In this document: positions 1 through 7,473 of the stretch, one piece after another | Layout: each line of letters starts with the position of its first letter | Position numbering within the stretch: position 1 is the first letter of the stretch | Source: an uncultured Candidatus Saccharibacteria bacterium | GTDB lineage: Bacteria > Patescibacteriota > UBA1384 > XYA2-FULL-43-10 > 1-14-0-10-43-13 | NCBI GenBank assembly: GCA_964406145.1 | Contig: CAYOQP010000005.1 | Coordinates: 834 to 64,833, forward strand | Direction of reading: 5' to 3' | DNA length: 64,000 nucleotides | Program-made: the position numbers and the translations under genes | Notes under the pieces: model-generated | The model's input: the letters and a program-made list of their open reading frames with translations, nothing else | What the model was told of the DNA's origin: nothing | Databases searched by the model: none

Positions 1-900
1 ATAATCATCAGACCAAAATAATTTTGCTGTATTCATTCCTACCACTCCGCAAGCATTGATCAATGGCCCTCCGGAGTTGCCAGGATTAATTGATGCATCA
101 GTTTGGATAATATCTATGCCATCCTCGTTAATCCTTCTTGAAAAAATACCTTTTGTTATTGTTGCCTCGCCCGTAGAATCATTTGGCCAGCCAATTGCAT
201 ACAATGTCTCTGCTGGTTTTAGAGTGCTTGAATCTTGGAGATCGATTTTCCAGTAGAAGTTGTAATCAACTTGGAGTATAGCAATATCCTGATCTGGATA
301 AGCGGCAAAAATTGAGGCATTCATCCATTCTTTGCCATCATAGCCAATCCAAACTTTTATTGTCTTGGCTCCTTCAATGACATGATAATTTGTCATCACC
401 AATCCGCTTGTTGCTGGATCATTAACAGAAAAGCCGCTACCATAGCCGATGAACTGATCCCGCTTATCAAACTGGCCTACTAGATGAGTGCTTGCTTTTG
501 CTTTTCGAATCGTGTCTTGTTCGTCACAGCTTGTACTTGTATTTATTGAGCTGGCACTTGTATTACTGCTTGTCTGATTTGTTGTTTCTCTCGGAGTAGC
601 TACATAGTAGATCGAAATTAGTAAAATTAGTAAAGGGATGATATAGAACCAATTATTAAATCGCTTAGATTTTTTACCACAATATTTGCAGAAAATTGCA
701 TCACGATTGATGACTTCATGGCAATGAGGACATTTCTTTATTGGTAGGCTTTTTTTATCTTCGTCATGTCTGCTAGTGTCTTTATTTCCATTAGCAATAA
801 ATGCCGCTTTGGATTGCCAAAAATGATAACCACACTCTGGGCAAGAATAGACACTTGTGGTATCGATTTTGTGTTCACAACTAGGACACCTGTTTGCCAT
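1..900 (-). CDS. Double zinc-ribbon, membrane-anchored trypsin-like (S1C/HtrA-type) serine protease, 3' end off-window
   Basis: Not in ORF track; translated by hand from ATG at 900: CPSC..CPEC, CPHC..CKYC, TM segment WFYIIPLLILLISIYYVA, then TNYHV, DIAILQV and INPGNSGGPL (His/Asp/Ser triad) in frame. Confidence 0.9.
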   Translation of the reverse strand, partial: MANRCPSCEHKIDTTSVYSCPECGYHFWQSKAAFIANGNKDTSRHDEDKKSLPIKKCPHCHEVINRDAIFCKYCGKKSKRFNNWFYIIPLLILLISIYYVATPRETTNQTSSNTSASSINTSTSCDEQDTIRKAKASTHLVGQFDKRDQFIGYGSGFSVNDPATSGLVMTNYHVIEGAKTIKVWIGYDGKEWMNASIFAAYPDQDIAILQVDYNFYWKIDLQDSSTLKPAETLYAIGWPNDSTGEATITKGIFSRRINEDGIDIIQTDASINPGNSGGPLINACGVVGMNTAKLFWSDDY

Positions 901-915
901 AATATTGCCCTTTGT

Positions 916-1368
916 TTAGTCTAACGGGATAAAAAACCAGATGCCGTTGGCAATTACAAATATAATTATTCCCCAAATATCCCAAGCTTTCTGATTGGCT
1001 ATGAATTCTTTTTTGCTCTCCCATTTCCTGCTCTCCCATGCTATCTGCCTGCCTTTTATGCCAAAAATAATTATCATAATAAACCAAACAATTAACCCTA
1101 TAGTGCCAAAAGCAGTATCATCACTCTTTAATAAACCATTCATAACCATCCCCAGAACGAATAACCATCCCCAAAACGGATATTTCATTCCGCAGAAATA
1201 AATCCATCCTAGACCAAATGCGCCCCAAGACCATCTCTCGTGCGGTCTTTTTGTTGTTTCGCCCTCTCCAGAACTATCAGCTCCATGGTTCAAATGCGAA
1301 GATTCTCCGCAATGGATACAAAATTTAGAATCATTATCAATTTCCTTGCCACAATGCCTACAATACAT
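916..1368 (-). CDS. Zinc-ribbon membrane protein
   Basis: N-terminal CRHC-x10-CIHC, then WSWGAF motif and several hydrophobic helices. Confidence 0.85.
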   Translation of the reverse strand: MYCRHCGKEIDNDSKFCIHCGESSHLNHGADSSGEGETTKRPHERWSWGAFGLGWIYFCGMKYPFWGWLFVLGMVMNGLLKSDDTAFGTIGLIVWFIMIIIFGIKGRQIAWESRKWESKKEFIANQKAWDIWGIIIFVIANGIWFFIPLD

Positions 1369-1375
1369 TTTTCTC

Positions 1376-1906
1376 CTATTCTATGCACAGTTTCTTTAAT
1401 TCATCGTTTTGAAATTTATTATTAATTTCAGCCTCAAAAAAATCTAGAAATGTTGAAAAACTCTTTTTTGAATAATTATCGGGATACCAAGAAGCGCATT
1501 GAATTGTTTCAAAATCAGGGGTGCTAAAATAAGTTATGATCGAGGCATTATTTAAATCATTTAGGATTCTGGTAAGATCATCTTTATTTTTCTCTGATTT
1601 CATCGTTTTGATAGTGTATACGGAAACGATTGTTATGACTGGAAATTGATGAAAATATGAGATAATTAAATTTGGATGGTTAACATGCGTTGCTGTAAAT
1701 AGAATACGGTTTTCCTCCTTCTGATCCTCACTCATTTCATAGCCGATAAATTCGAGGTGATTTCTTATTTCTTCCAAACTTTTGGAAGCATCCATTTTTA
1801 TCGGCTTGACTTCCTCGGTTGTTTCCTCGCTGTTTACCTTTTCACCACAATGTACACAAAATTTACTGTCCGAAGGAATTGTATTGTTGCAATTTTTACA
1901 TTCCAT
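1376..1906 (-). CDS. Zinc-ribbon protein with possible YbjN/chaperone-like C-terminal domain
   Basis: N-terminal CKNC-x10-CVHC; the C-terminal domain call is tentative. Confidence 0.75.
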   Translation of the reverse strand: MECKNCNNTIPSDSKFCVHCGEKVNSEETTEEVKPIKMDASKSLEEIRNHLEFIGYEMSEDQKEENRILFTATHVNHPNLIISYFHQFPVITIVSVYTIKTMKSEKNKDDLTRILNDLNNASIITYFSTPDFETIQCASWYPDNYSKKSFSTFLDFFEAEINNKFQNDELKKLCIE

Positions 1907-1935
1907 AATTAATCCTTTTCAATCTTAATTTTTAT

Positions 1936-2523
1936 TTATTTCTTCGGTAATCTTCCGCCAGAGGCCAAGCATGCATCGAGAGAATTATAAGGGGTATAGT
2001 TAGTAGTTCGGTCGTAATATGTGGTGCCAGGTGCATGGCAAATACTCGTTGAACTCTTTTTTACAACACCACCACTATTACTTTGCGTGATGACCTGAGT
2101 GGTCGATGCTGGAGCTGATACTTGGACAGTTTTTGTGCCGATGAGAACAATTTTGGTCACTGGTTGTACCGTAATAGACTGTGAGACAATTGCACGATTA
2201 GTTTCCTTGCCGTCAGTATAGGTAACTTTAGATACTGTTACCTGGGCACCGTTTTTGCCCTCTTGCTTGACTTTTGTCTGAGCTTTTTCGAGTGTCGGAT
2301 CATCTTGCTGTTGAGTCTCAAAAACGATCTCGTCAGTTTTGACATCTTCTTTAACTTCGATTTTTGGTGGTGCCACCGCTTCATTACTCGTTGAGCTTGA
2401 GACAGCATCAGTTTTCGTTGCATCGCATCCAGAAAGAGCAATCGAAAAGACGATCGCTATAATTGCATAGTTCAGTATCTTAATAAAACTTATGTTCTTC
2501 TCCCTCCCCTTTGAGTCAAACAT
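1936..2523 (-). CDS. Lipoprotein with G5 domain and small Cys/His C-terminal module
   Basis: Lipobox LSGC; G5 pattern DDPTLEK..VKQEGKNG..PVTKIVLIGTK; tail SICHAPG..DACLASGGRLPK. Confidence 0.85.
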   Translation of the reverse strand: MFDSKGREKNISFIKILNYAIIAIVFSIALSGCDATKTDAVSSSTSNEAVAPPKIEVKEDVKTDEIVFETQQQDDPTLEKAQTKVKQEGKNGAQVTVSKVTYTDGKETNRAIVSQSITVQPVTKIVLIGTKTVQVSAPASTTQVITQSNSGGVVKKSSTSICHAPGTTYYDRTTNYTPYNSLDACLASGGRLPKK

Positions 2524-2638
2524 TTTTATCCAGTTCTTGAGTAAATAAGCTACTTAATATATAACATAGTTAGCGGATTAGAGCAATTTTATGTTGGTTT
2601 TCTGACACGATAAAAAGATAAAAATTAAGATTAAAATT

Positions 2639-3742
2639 ATGAAAAAGTTTTCTACGGAACATTTTGAAAAAAAATATCGAACACTATATGAGAAACTTCT
2701 TTGTAAAGAAGGATTTTTAAATGATATTAAAAGCGCCAGAAAAACACTTGTATTGCCAGAAGAAGGATTTAGTGATGAGTACGAGTTTGCCTATCACATT
2801 ATTCATAATATGAATGATGATGAACTTTTTCACCTGACATTCTTTATTTATTTGGATCACGAAGCCAGCAAGAACCGAGAAGCTTTTTTCGACCTAGATA
2901 AGGAAGGGCGAGCCCCAATAATTGACGCCTTCATCAAAAGCTATAATAAAAAGAAAGAAAGATTAGAACTTATATCCAAAGCTGTGTTTGAGTTAGGCCG
3001 AGACATTGTTGATCATAACCAAATGATTCAATTAAATCCTAATCTCAAAGGAAGTAGAATTTATACGAAGCTTTCTCGGGAAACATCAAGTCTTCTTCAA
3101 AAATACTGGGGGCTTGATCTTCTTGATGAGCATATCTTTGGTCATTTGGTTGAGAAACATCTTTTTTTAGATAAATACGGGGTAAATAAATATATAAAGG
3201 AAAAAACAACTTGCCCAATGTGTAAATATATCGGGGTCACGCATTTTTCACCTGAAAGAAATCATATTGACGGAGAGATGAACGGGACTGGCAAGAAAAA
3301 ATACAGATTCAATAAAAATACCGTAGATCGACTCTCTCTTCACTTTAATAGTGTTTTCTTAATAATCAAACCATATGCCACCAAGGAAGAAACTATCCAG
3401 TATATAGAAGACAACTGGGATTGCTTAAAAGATCATATTATTGAAAAAAATACATATTACAAACAGTTTGAGGTCAATCCGAGCAAGATAAAGACGAGTG
3501 ATTTAGAGCGCAACAAATTGGTTTATGAGTTATACAAACTCTCAAAAAAAGAGGTATTAAAACGATATAAAGGGGAAGATGATTTTTCAGGAAAATATAT
3601 CTATAAAGAAACAATAATCAGTGCAATTCTAGGTGAACAATATGACATTAAAATGACAGCAGATGCAGTTAAAAAATCTGCTAGCAGATTTGCCAAAAGC
3701 ATAAAAATTAAAAAAGAACCTAAGGATATAAGGGACATTTAA
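2639..3742 (+). CDS. Hypothetical protein, possible C-terminal helix-turn-helix regulator
   Basis: 367-aa ORF divergent from the cargo operon; CPMC motif; C-terminal ISAILGEQYDIKMTADAVKK resembles an HTH. Confidence 0.7.
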   Translation: MKKFSTEHFEKKYRTLYEKLLCKEGFLNDIKSARKTLVLPEEGFSDEYEFAYHIIHNMNDDELFHLTFFIYLDHEASKNREAFFDLDKEGRAPIIDAFIKSYNKKKERLELISKAVFELGRDIVDHNQMIQLNPNLKGSRIYTKLSRETSSLLQKYWGLDLLDEHIFGHLVEKHLFLDKYGVNKYIKEKTTCPMCKYIGVTHFSPERNHIDGEMNGTGKKKYRFNKNTVDRLSLHFNSVFLIIKPYATKEETIQYIEDNWDCLKDHIIEKNTYYKQFEVNPSKIKTSDLERNKLVYELYKLSKKEVLKRYKGEDDFSGKYIYKETIISAILGEQYDIKMTADAVKKSASRFAKSIKIKKEPKDIRDI

Positions 3743-3785
3743 ATTCCACTTTTTTTAAAGTAAGTATTTATAAAATTTCGATAAA

Positions 3786-3814
3786 GGCACACTGACATCA
3801 CAGTGTGTTTTTTT
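3786..3814 (+). terminator. Intrinsic terminator
   Basis: GGCACACTG-ACATCA-CAGTGTGTT followed by a T run. Confidence 0.7.
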
Positions 3815-3846
3815 GTTACCAAATTAATATTAAAGAAAGGCATCTC

Positions 3847-4092
3847 ATGCAGAGAATCCAAGAAAATGATCTCTTTAGGTCAAGTGATCTGAGCTTGTCA
3901 GCCGTAATTTCAATGAGCTATCCGGTGGACACGCTCGATAAGTCGGACTCGAGCAAGGTCATCTTCCTGTTTCGTCGAGAAACAGGGCTTGATGAACTAG
4001 TACAAGCATTTTGGGACCGGCAACTTCAAGTAGAGCCAAGAGCTTATTTTGAGGCGATAAAAATGCTCAAGTCAAGAATTTATCAATACTAG
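3847..4092 (+). CDS. Small phage/island protein (DUF5659-like)
   Basis: ATG at 3847 after GAAAGG; pattern SDLSLSAVI..KVIFLF..VEPRAYFEAIKMLKSRIY. Confidence 0.7.
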   Translation: MQRIQENDLFRSSDLSLSAVISMSYPVDTLDKSDSSKVIFLFRRETGLDELVQAFWDRQLQVEPRAYFEAIKMLKSRIYQY

Positions 4093-4108
4093 TAATAATT
4101 ATAATTAA

Positions 4109-4297
4109 ATGGCCGATTTATCAGCAAAATGTATCAAAGAGTTTACTGAGATTTACCTGCAGGAATTTCAGGTTGAACTTTCGGAGGATGAGGCACAACG
4201 AATCGCATCCGATTTTTTGCGAACTTTTGCTCTGATTTATCGGCCACTGGAAGGAAACAATGAAAAAGAAAAAAATACGCTTGCCGATAACAATTAA
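4109..4297 (+). CDS. Small hypothetical protein
   Basis: 62-aa ORF in a tightly packed run of co-oriented genes. Confidence 0.6.
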   Translation: MADLSAKCIKEFTEIYLQEFQVELSEDEAQRIASDFLRTFALIYRPLEGNNEKEKNTLADNN

Positions 4298-4529
4298 ATT
4301 ATGGCACAAGGGTAAATTGATCCATCGGTCGACTTGTACTAAAAAAACTCAAATTTTGATTTGGACACGAAGAGAAAAATGGGATAAGGCATATATTAAA
4401 GTAACTTACAAAAAAGATTACTGGAATGATTGCGACAGTTTCAACCAGTGCGGTCTGGAAAAAGCACTAAACGCTTATCTCGAAGAAAAAATGGTCCAAC
4501 ATGCACTTGGAGGCCCAGATGAATTATGA
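4260..4529 (+). CDS. Small basic hypothetical protein
   Basis: GGAAGGA SD before the ATG; overlaps both neighbours. Confidence 0.6.
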   Translation: MKKKKIRLPITIKLWHKGKLIHRSTCTKKTQILIWTRREKWDKAYIKVTYKKDYWNDCDSFNQCGLEKALNAYLEEKMVQHALGGPDEL

Positions 4530-4839
4530 AGAGATAGTTGGCAGGATTAAGATTGAGATAAGACTATATGAGGTGAAAATTCTCGCTCAAGTTAAGATTG
4601 ATATGGTTGATCCACCAGTGATAATCAAAGGATTAACAATAAAACGGAATGCAAAAGAAAACAAAGTCTTCGTCTCTCCTCCATCGTATTTTGCAAAGTA
4701 CAAAATGCATCCGATCATCTGGATGCCGAAAGACTTATGGACAATGGTCTGTAGCAAAATTCTCAAGGAATATTCGAACTTAACTGGCGAGAGCTTGTCG
4801 GAAGAAGAGATCGATATTTCAGAGATAGAATTTAATTAA
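4519..4839 (+). CDS. SpoVG/PC4-like nucleic-acid-binding protein with acidic SSB-like tail
   Basis: GGAGG SD before ATG 4519; IIKGLTIK..VFVSPPS resembles the SpoVG-type beta-sheet; ends EEEIDISEIEFN. Confidence 0.65.
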   Translation: MNYEEIVGRIKIEIRLYEVKILAQVKIDMVDPPVIIKGLTIKRNAKENKVFVSPPSYFAKYKMHPIIWMPKDLWTMVCSKILKEYSNLTGESLSEEEIDISEIEFN

Positions 4840-4840
4840 A

Positions 4841-4895
4841 TACTTATAGTTACTATAAGAAGATGTAACTATAAGTAATAGAACCTTTTAAGGTT
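4841..4895. repeat. Nested inverted repeats in AT-rich spacer
   Basis: TACTTATAGTTAC (4841-4853) / GTAACTATAAGTA (4865-4877) perfect 13-bp IR; internal CTTATAG-TTA-CTATAAG; AACCTT-TT-AAGGTT (4882-4895). Confidence 0.85.
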
Positions 4896-4990
4896 AAGTA
4901 GGTATTAAATAAGTTAACTATGTAAACAGTTATCAGTAGCCCAATCGAATAGAATCTTTAATAATTTCGGTTATGTCTGGAGGTATAAAA

Positions 4991-5581
4991 ATGGGAAGAA
5001 ATTTAGCAGAACAATCAAACGCACTGAGTATATTTTGGCTCAAGAAAGAAGGAATTCTGGACTGTGAGTATAAATCAGGAGTCGTAACTTGGACGTTTGG
5101 ATTTTCAGAAAATAAAAGTAGCATCGGATATACCCTTGTTAAGAATTCAGACAATGGCAATTATATTCAGCTGAATTATACCCAAACCGATAGATGGAGT
5201 GGAGAAAAAACAAATCTTGACTACAGGATCGAGCTGACAACCACCCCATGCTATTTTGGAGGTAAGCGATATTGGTTTGTTTGTCCATTAAGCAAAAACG
5301 GTAAGTATTGTGGACGAAGAGTTGGGGTAATCTACAATATTGGCAAATATTACGGTTGTCGTCATTGCGGTAACGTTGCTTATTCGGCTCAGGCGGAGAG
5401 TAAAAAATTTAGAGGATGCACCTCAGTATGTGCTCCTGATATTGATAAAGCAGAGGCGGAAGTTAAGAGAAAGTATTACAACGGAAAAGCGACTCGAAAA
5501 TATAAAAGACTAATTAGATTGGAAGATAAATTTAATTACAATTTTTTCCGAGCCGCTGGTGTGTTCAGAAAAGAACTCTAG
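4991..5581 (+). CDS. Cys-rich (zinc-finger-like) mobile-element protein of unknown function
   Basis: GGAGGT SD before ATG 4991; CYFGGKRYWFVCP..CGRR..CRHC..YSAQ motif. Confidence 0.8.
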   Translation: MGRNLAEQSNALSIFWLKKEGILDCEYKSGVVTWTFGFSENKSSIGYTLVKNSDNGNYIQLNYTQTDRWSGEKTNLDYRIELTTTPCYFGGKRYWFVCPLSKNGKYCGRRVGVIYNIGKYYGCRHCGNVAYSAQAESKKFRGCTSVCAPDIDKAEAEVKRKYYNGKATRKYKRLIRLEDKFNYNFFRAAGVFRKEL

Positions 5582-5617
5582 CTCTTTTGAAAAAGTTGAA
5601 AAAGTATTATAATTAAA

Positions 5618-5720
5618 CTACTACACAAGACAACGAAATAGGAGTTTTTTGCAAAAGTGAGGTAACAGCCGTTTCTTGTGTAGTAACTAGAAACTTCTAT
5701 GCTGTTGCCTCGCTTTTTAT
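5618..5720 (+). promoter_or_regulatory. Structured 5' leader of the recombinase gene
   Basis: Follows TATAAT (5608-5613); three complementary segment pairs in interleaved order; T run, then AAGGAG SD. Confidence 0.65.
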
Positions 5721-5735
5721 AAGGAGAATATTAAA

Positions 5736-7349
5736 ATGGAACAACAATTAAGATATATCGCCTATTGTCGGAAAAGCTCGGAGGATAATCGGGAAAAGCA
5801 GGCACTCTCTATCCCTGCCCAGATCGATGAAATCACAAAACGATTTAGCGATCTAAAAATCGTCAAACATTTGGAAGAATCGCAAAGCGCTTTTGATGTT
5901 GGCAGACCAAAGTTTAATGAAATGATAAATGACCTCAAAGATGGTCGAGCAGATGGCATTATTTGTTGGCATCCTGACCGAATGAGCCGAAATCCAATCG
6001 ATGCTTCGATGATTATTCATTATCTCGACAAAGGATTTATAAAAGACCTCAAGTTTTGTTCCTATAGCTTTACCAACGATCCAGAAGGCAAGATGTTTCT
6101 AAATTTTACCTTGAGCCAATCAAAATATTTCTCTGATAAGCTCTCAAAGGATGTTAAGCGTGGTTTGGAGAAAAAAATCAGGGATGGCTATCCATCTGGC
6201 GTGGTTCCTGTCGGTTATCTAAATTCGAAATATAATGACGGCAAAGGCAAGCAAGAAGCATTTATTGACCCCGATAGATTTGACCAAGTCCGAAAGCTTT
6301 GGGAAATGCTCCTGACTGGCAGATATACCGTCCCAGAGCTCTGGCGGATCGCTGATAAAGAGTGGCACTTTTCAACCATCAAAAGAAACCGAACCGGAGG
6401 CACGCCGATTTCTCGTTCTGGCCTGTATTCCGTTTTTACCAACCCATTTTATTATGGTGAGATTGTCTGGAATGGGATAAGAGCAGATGGAAAGCATCAG
6501 CCGATGATAACGCCAGAAGAGTTTGACCTTGCTCAAGAAATTCTTGGCCGAAAAGGCAAGCCAAGACCTCAAATTCATAAGTTTGCCTATACTGGTCGAA
6601 TAGTTTGCGGTGAATGTGGGGCTATGGTTACTGCTGAAAATAAAAAGAAAGTTTTGGCTAATGGTGAAGTCAAGAGATACAAGCTCTATCACTGCTCACA
6701 TAGAAAAAAAGATACTGATTGCCGCCAAGGATCAGTGCAAGAGGACTATTTTGAGGATTTGATCAAAAAGGAACTAAAAAACATAACTATTCCGGCGAAG
6801 TTTCAGGAATGGGCAATCGAATATCTTCACGAACTAAACGAAAGCGAAGTTAAAGACAGATCAACTATTTATAAAAACACCGAGAAGAGATTTTCGGAAG
6901 TTCAAGATCAACTCGATCGCTTAACAAGCGCACTAATCAAAGGCCTGATTGAAGAGGATGAATTTAAAAAGAAAAAAGACGAATTGATGCAGGCCAAGGG
7001 CAGATTAAAAAGTGAGATTAATAATACTGACAAGAGAGCCGACCACTGGCTTGAGACAACACTAGAATATTTTGACTTTGCCAGACATGCGGCAGATCGC
7101 TTCAATCACGGCGACCTCGAAGAAAAGAAACAAATTTTTGCTACTTTTGGTTCGAGCTACATACTAAAAGACAAAAAGCTAACGCTGGAAGTGAAGAAGC
7201 CACTCGTAAGGATAAAAGATGGTCTCGAAAAAATAAAAGCCGCTTATCCTAGGTTCGAACTAGAAATAAACGGCTCTCACAGTCACAAAACACCTGACTT
7301 ATTGGCAATACAACAACTATGGCTCCCCGAACTGGACTCGAACCAGTAA
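5736..7349 (+). CDS. Large serine recombinase (integrase)
   Basis: YCRKSS catalytic motif, DRMSRN, recombinase domain, zinc ribbon CGECG..YHC..C, coiled coil; C-terminus overlaps the tRNA. Confidence 0.95.
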   Translation: MEQQLRYIAYCRKSSEDNREKQALSIPAQIDEITKRFSDLKIVKHLEESQSAFDVGRPKFNEMINDLKDGRADGIICWHPDRMSRNPIDASMIIHYLDKGFIKDLKFCSYSFTNDPEGKMFLNFTLSQSKYFSDKLSKDVKRGLEKKIRDGYPSGVVPVGYLNSKYNDGKGKQEAFIDPDRFDQVRKLWEMLLTGRYTVPELWRIADKEWHFSTIKRNRTGGTPISRSGLYSVFTNPFYYGEIVWNGIRADGKHQPMITPEEFDLAQEILGRKGKPRPQIHKFAYTGRIVCGECGAMVTAENKKKVLANGEVKRYKLYHCSHRKKDTDCRQGSVQEDYFEDLIKKELKNITIPAKFQEWAIEYLHELNESEVKDRSTIYKNTEKRFSEVQDQLDRLTSALIKGLIEEDEFKKKKDELMQAKGRLKSEINNTDKRADHWLETTLEYFDFARHAADRFNHGDLEEKKQIFATFGSSYILKDKKLTLEVKKPLVRIKDGLEKIKAAYPRFELEINGSHSHKTPDLLAIQQLWLPELDSNQ

Positions 7350-7394
7350 CCTTCGCGTTAACAGCGCGCTGCTCTGCCATTGAGCTATCGGGGA
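7320..7394 (-). tRNA. tRNA-Asn(GTT)
   Basis: Reverse complement TCCCCGATAGCTCAATGGCAGAGCAGCGCGCTGTTAACGCGAAGGTTACTGGTTCGAGTCCAGTTCGGGGAGCCA; cloverleaf with encoded CCA. Confidence 0.97.
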
Positions 7395-7413
7395 ATAACA
7401 AAATAACAAAGCA

Positions 7414-7442
7414 ATACTACCAAAATTAGGCTCATTTGTAAA
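7414..7442 (-). promoter_or_regulatory. Sigma70 promoter of tRNA-Asn
   Basis: TTTACA-17 bp-TAGTAT with extended -10 TG. Confidence 0.65.
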
Positions 7443-7473
7443 TAAATATAGATCTTATTTAATAGAGCAGGAA

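Larger units (their letters stand above)
1..7349. mobile_element. Right-hand part of an integrative element/genomic island inserted at tRNA-Asn; left end probably outside the window
   Basis: Large serine recombinase runs into the 3' end of tRNA-Asn; small phage-like ORFs and accessory cargo lie to its left; core genes resume right of the tRNA. No second copy of the tRNA 3' end was seen in the window. Confidence 0.8.
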
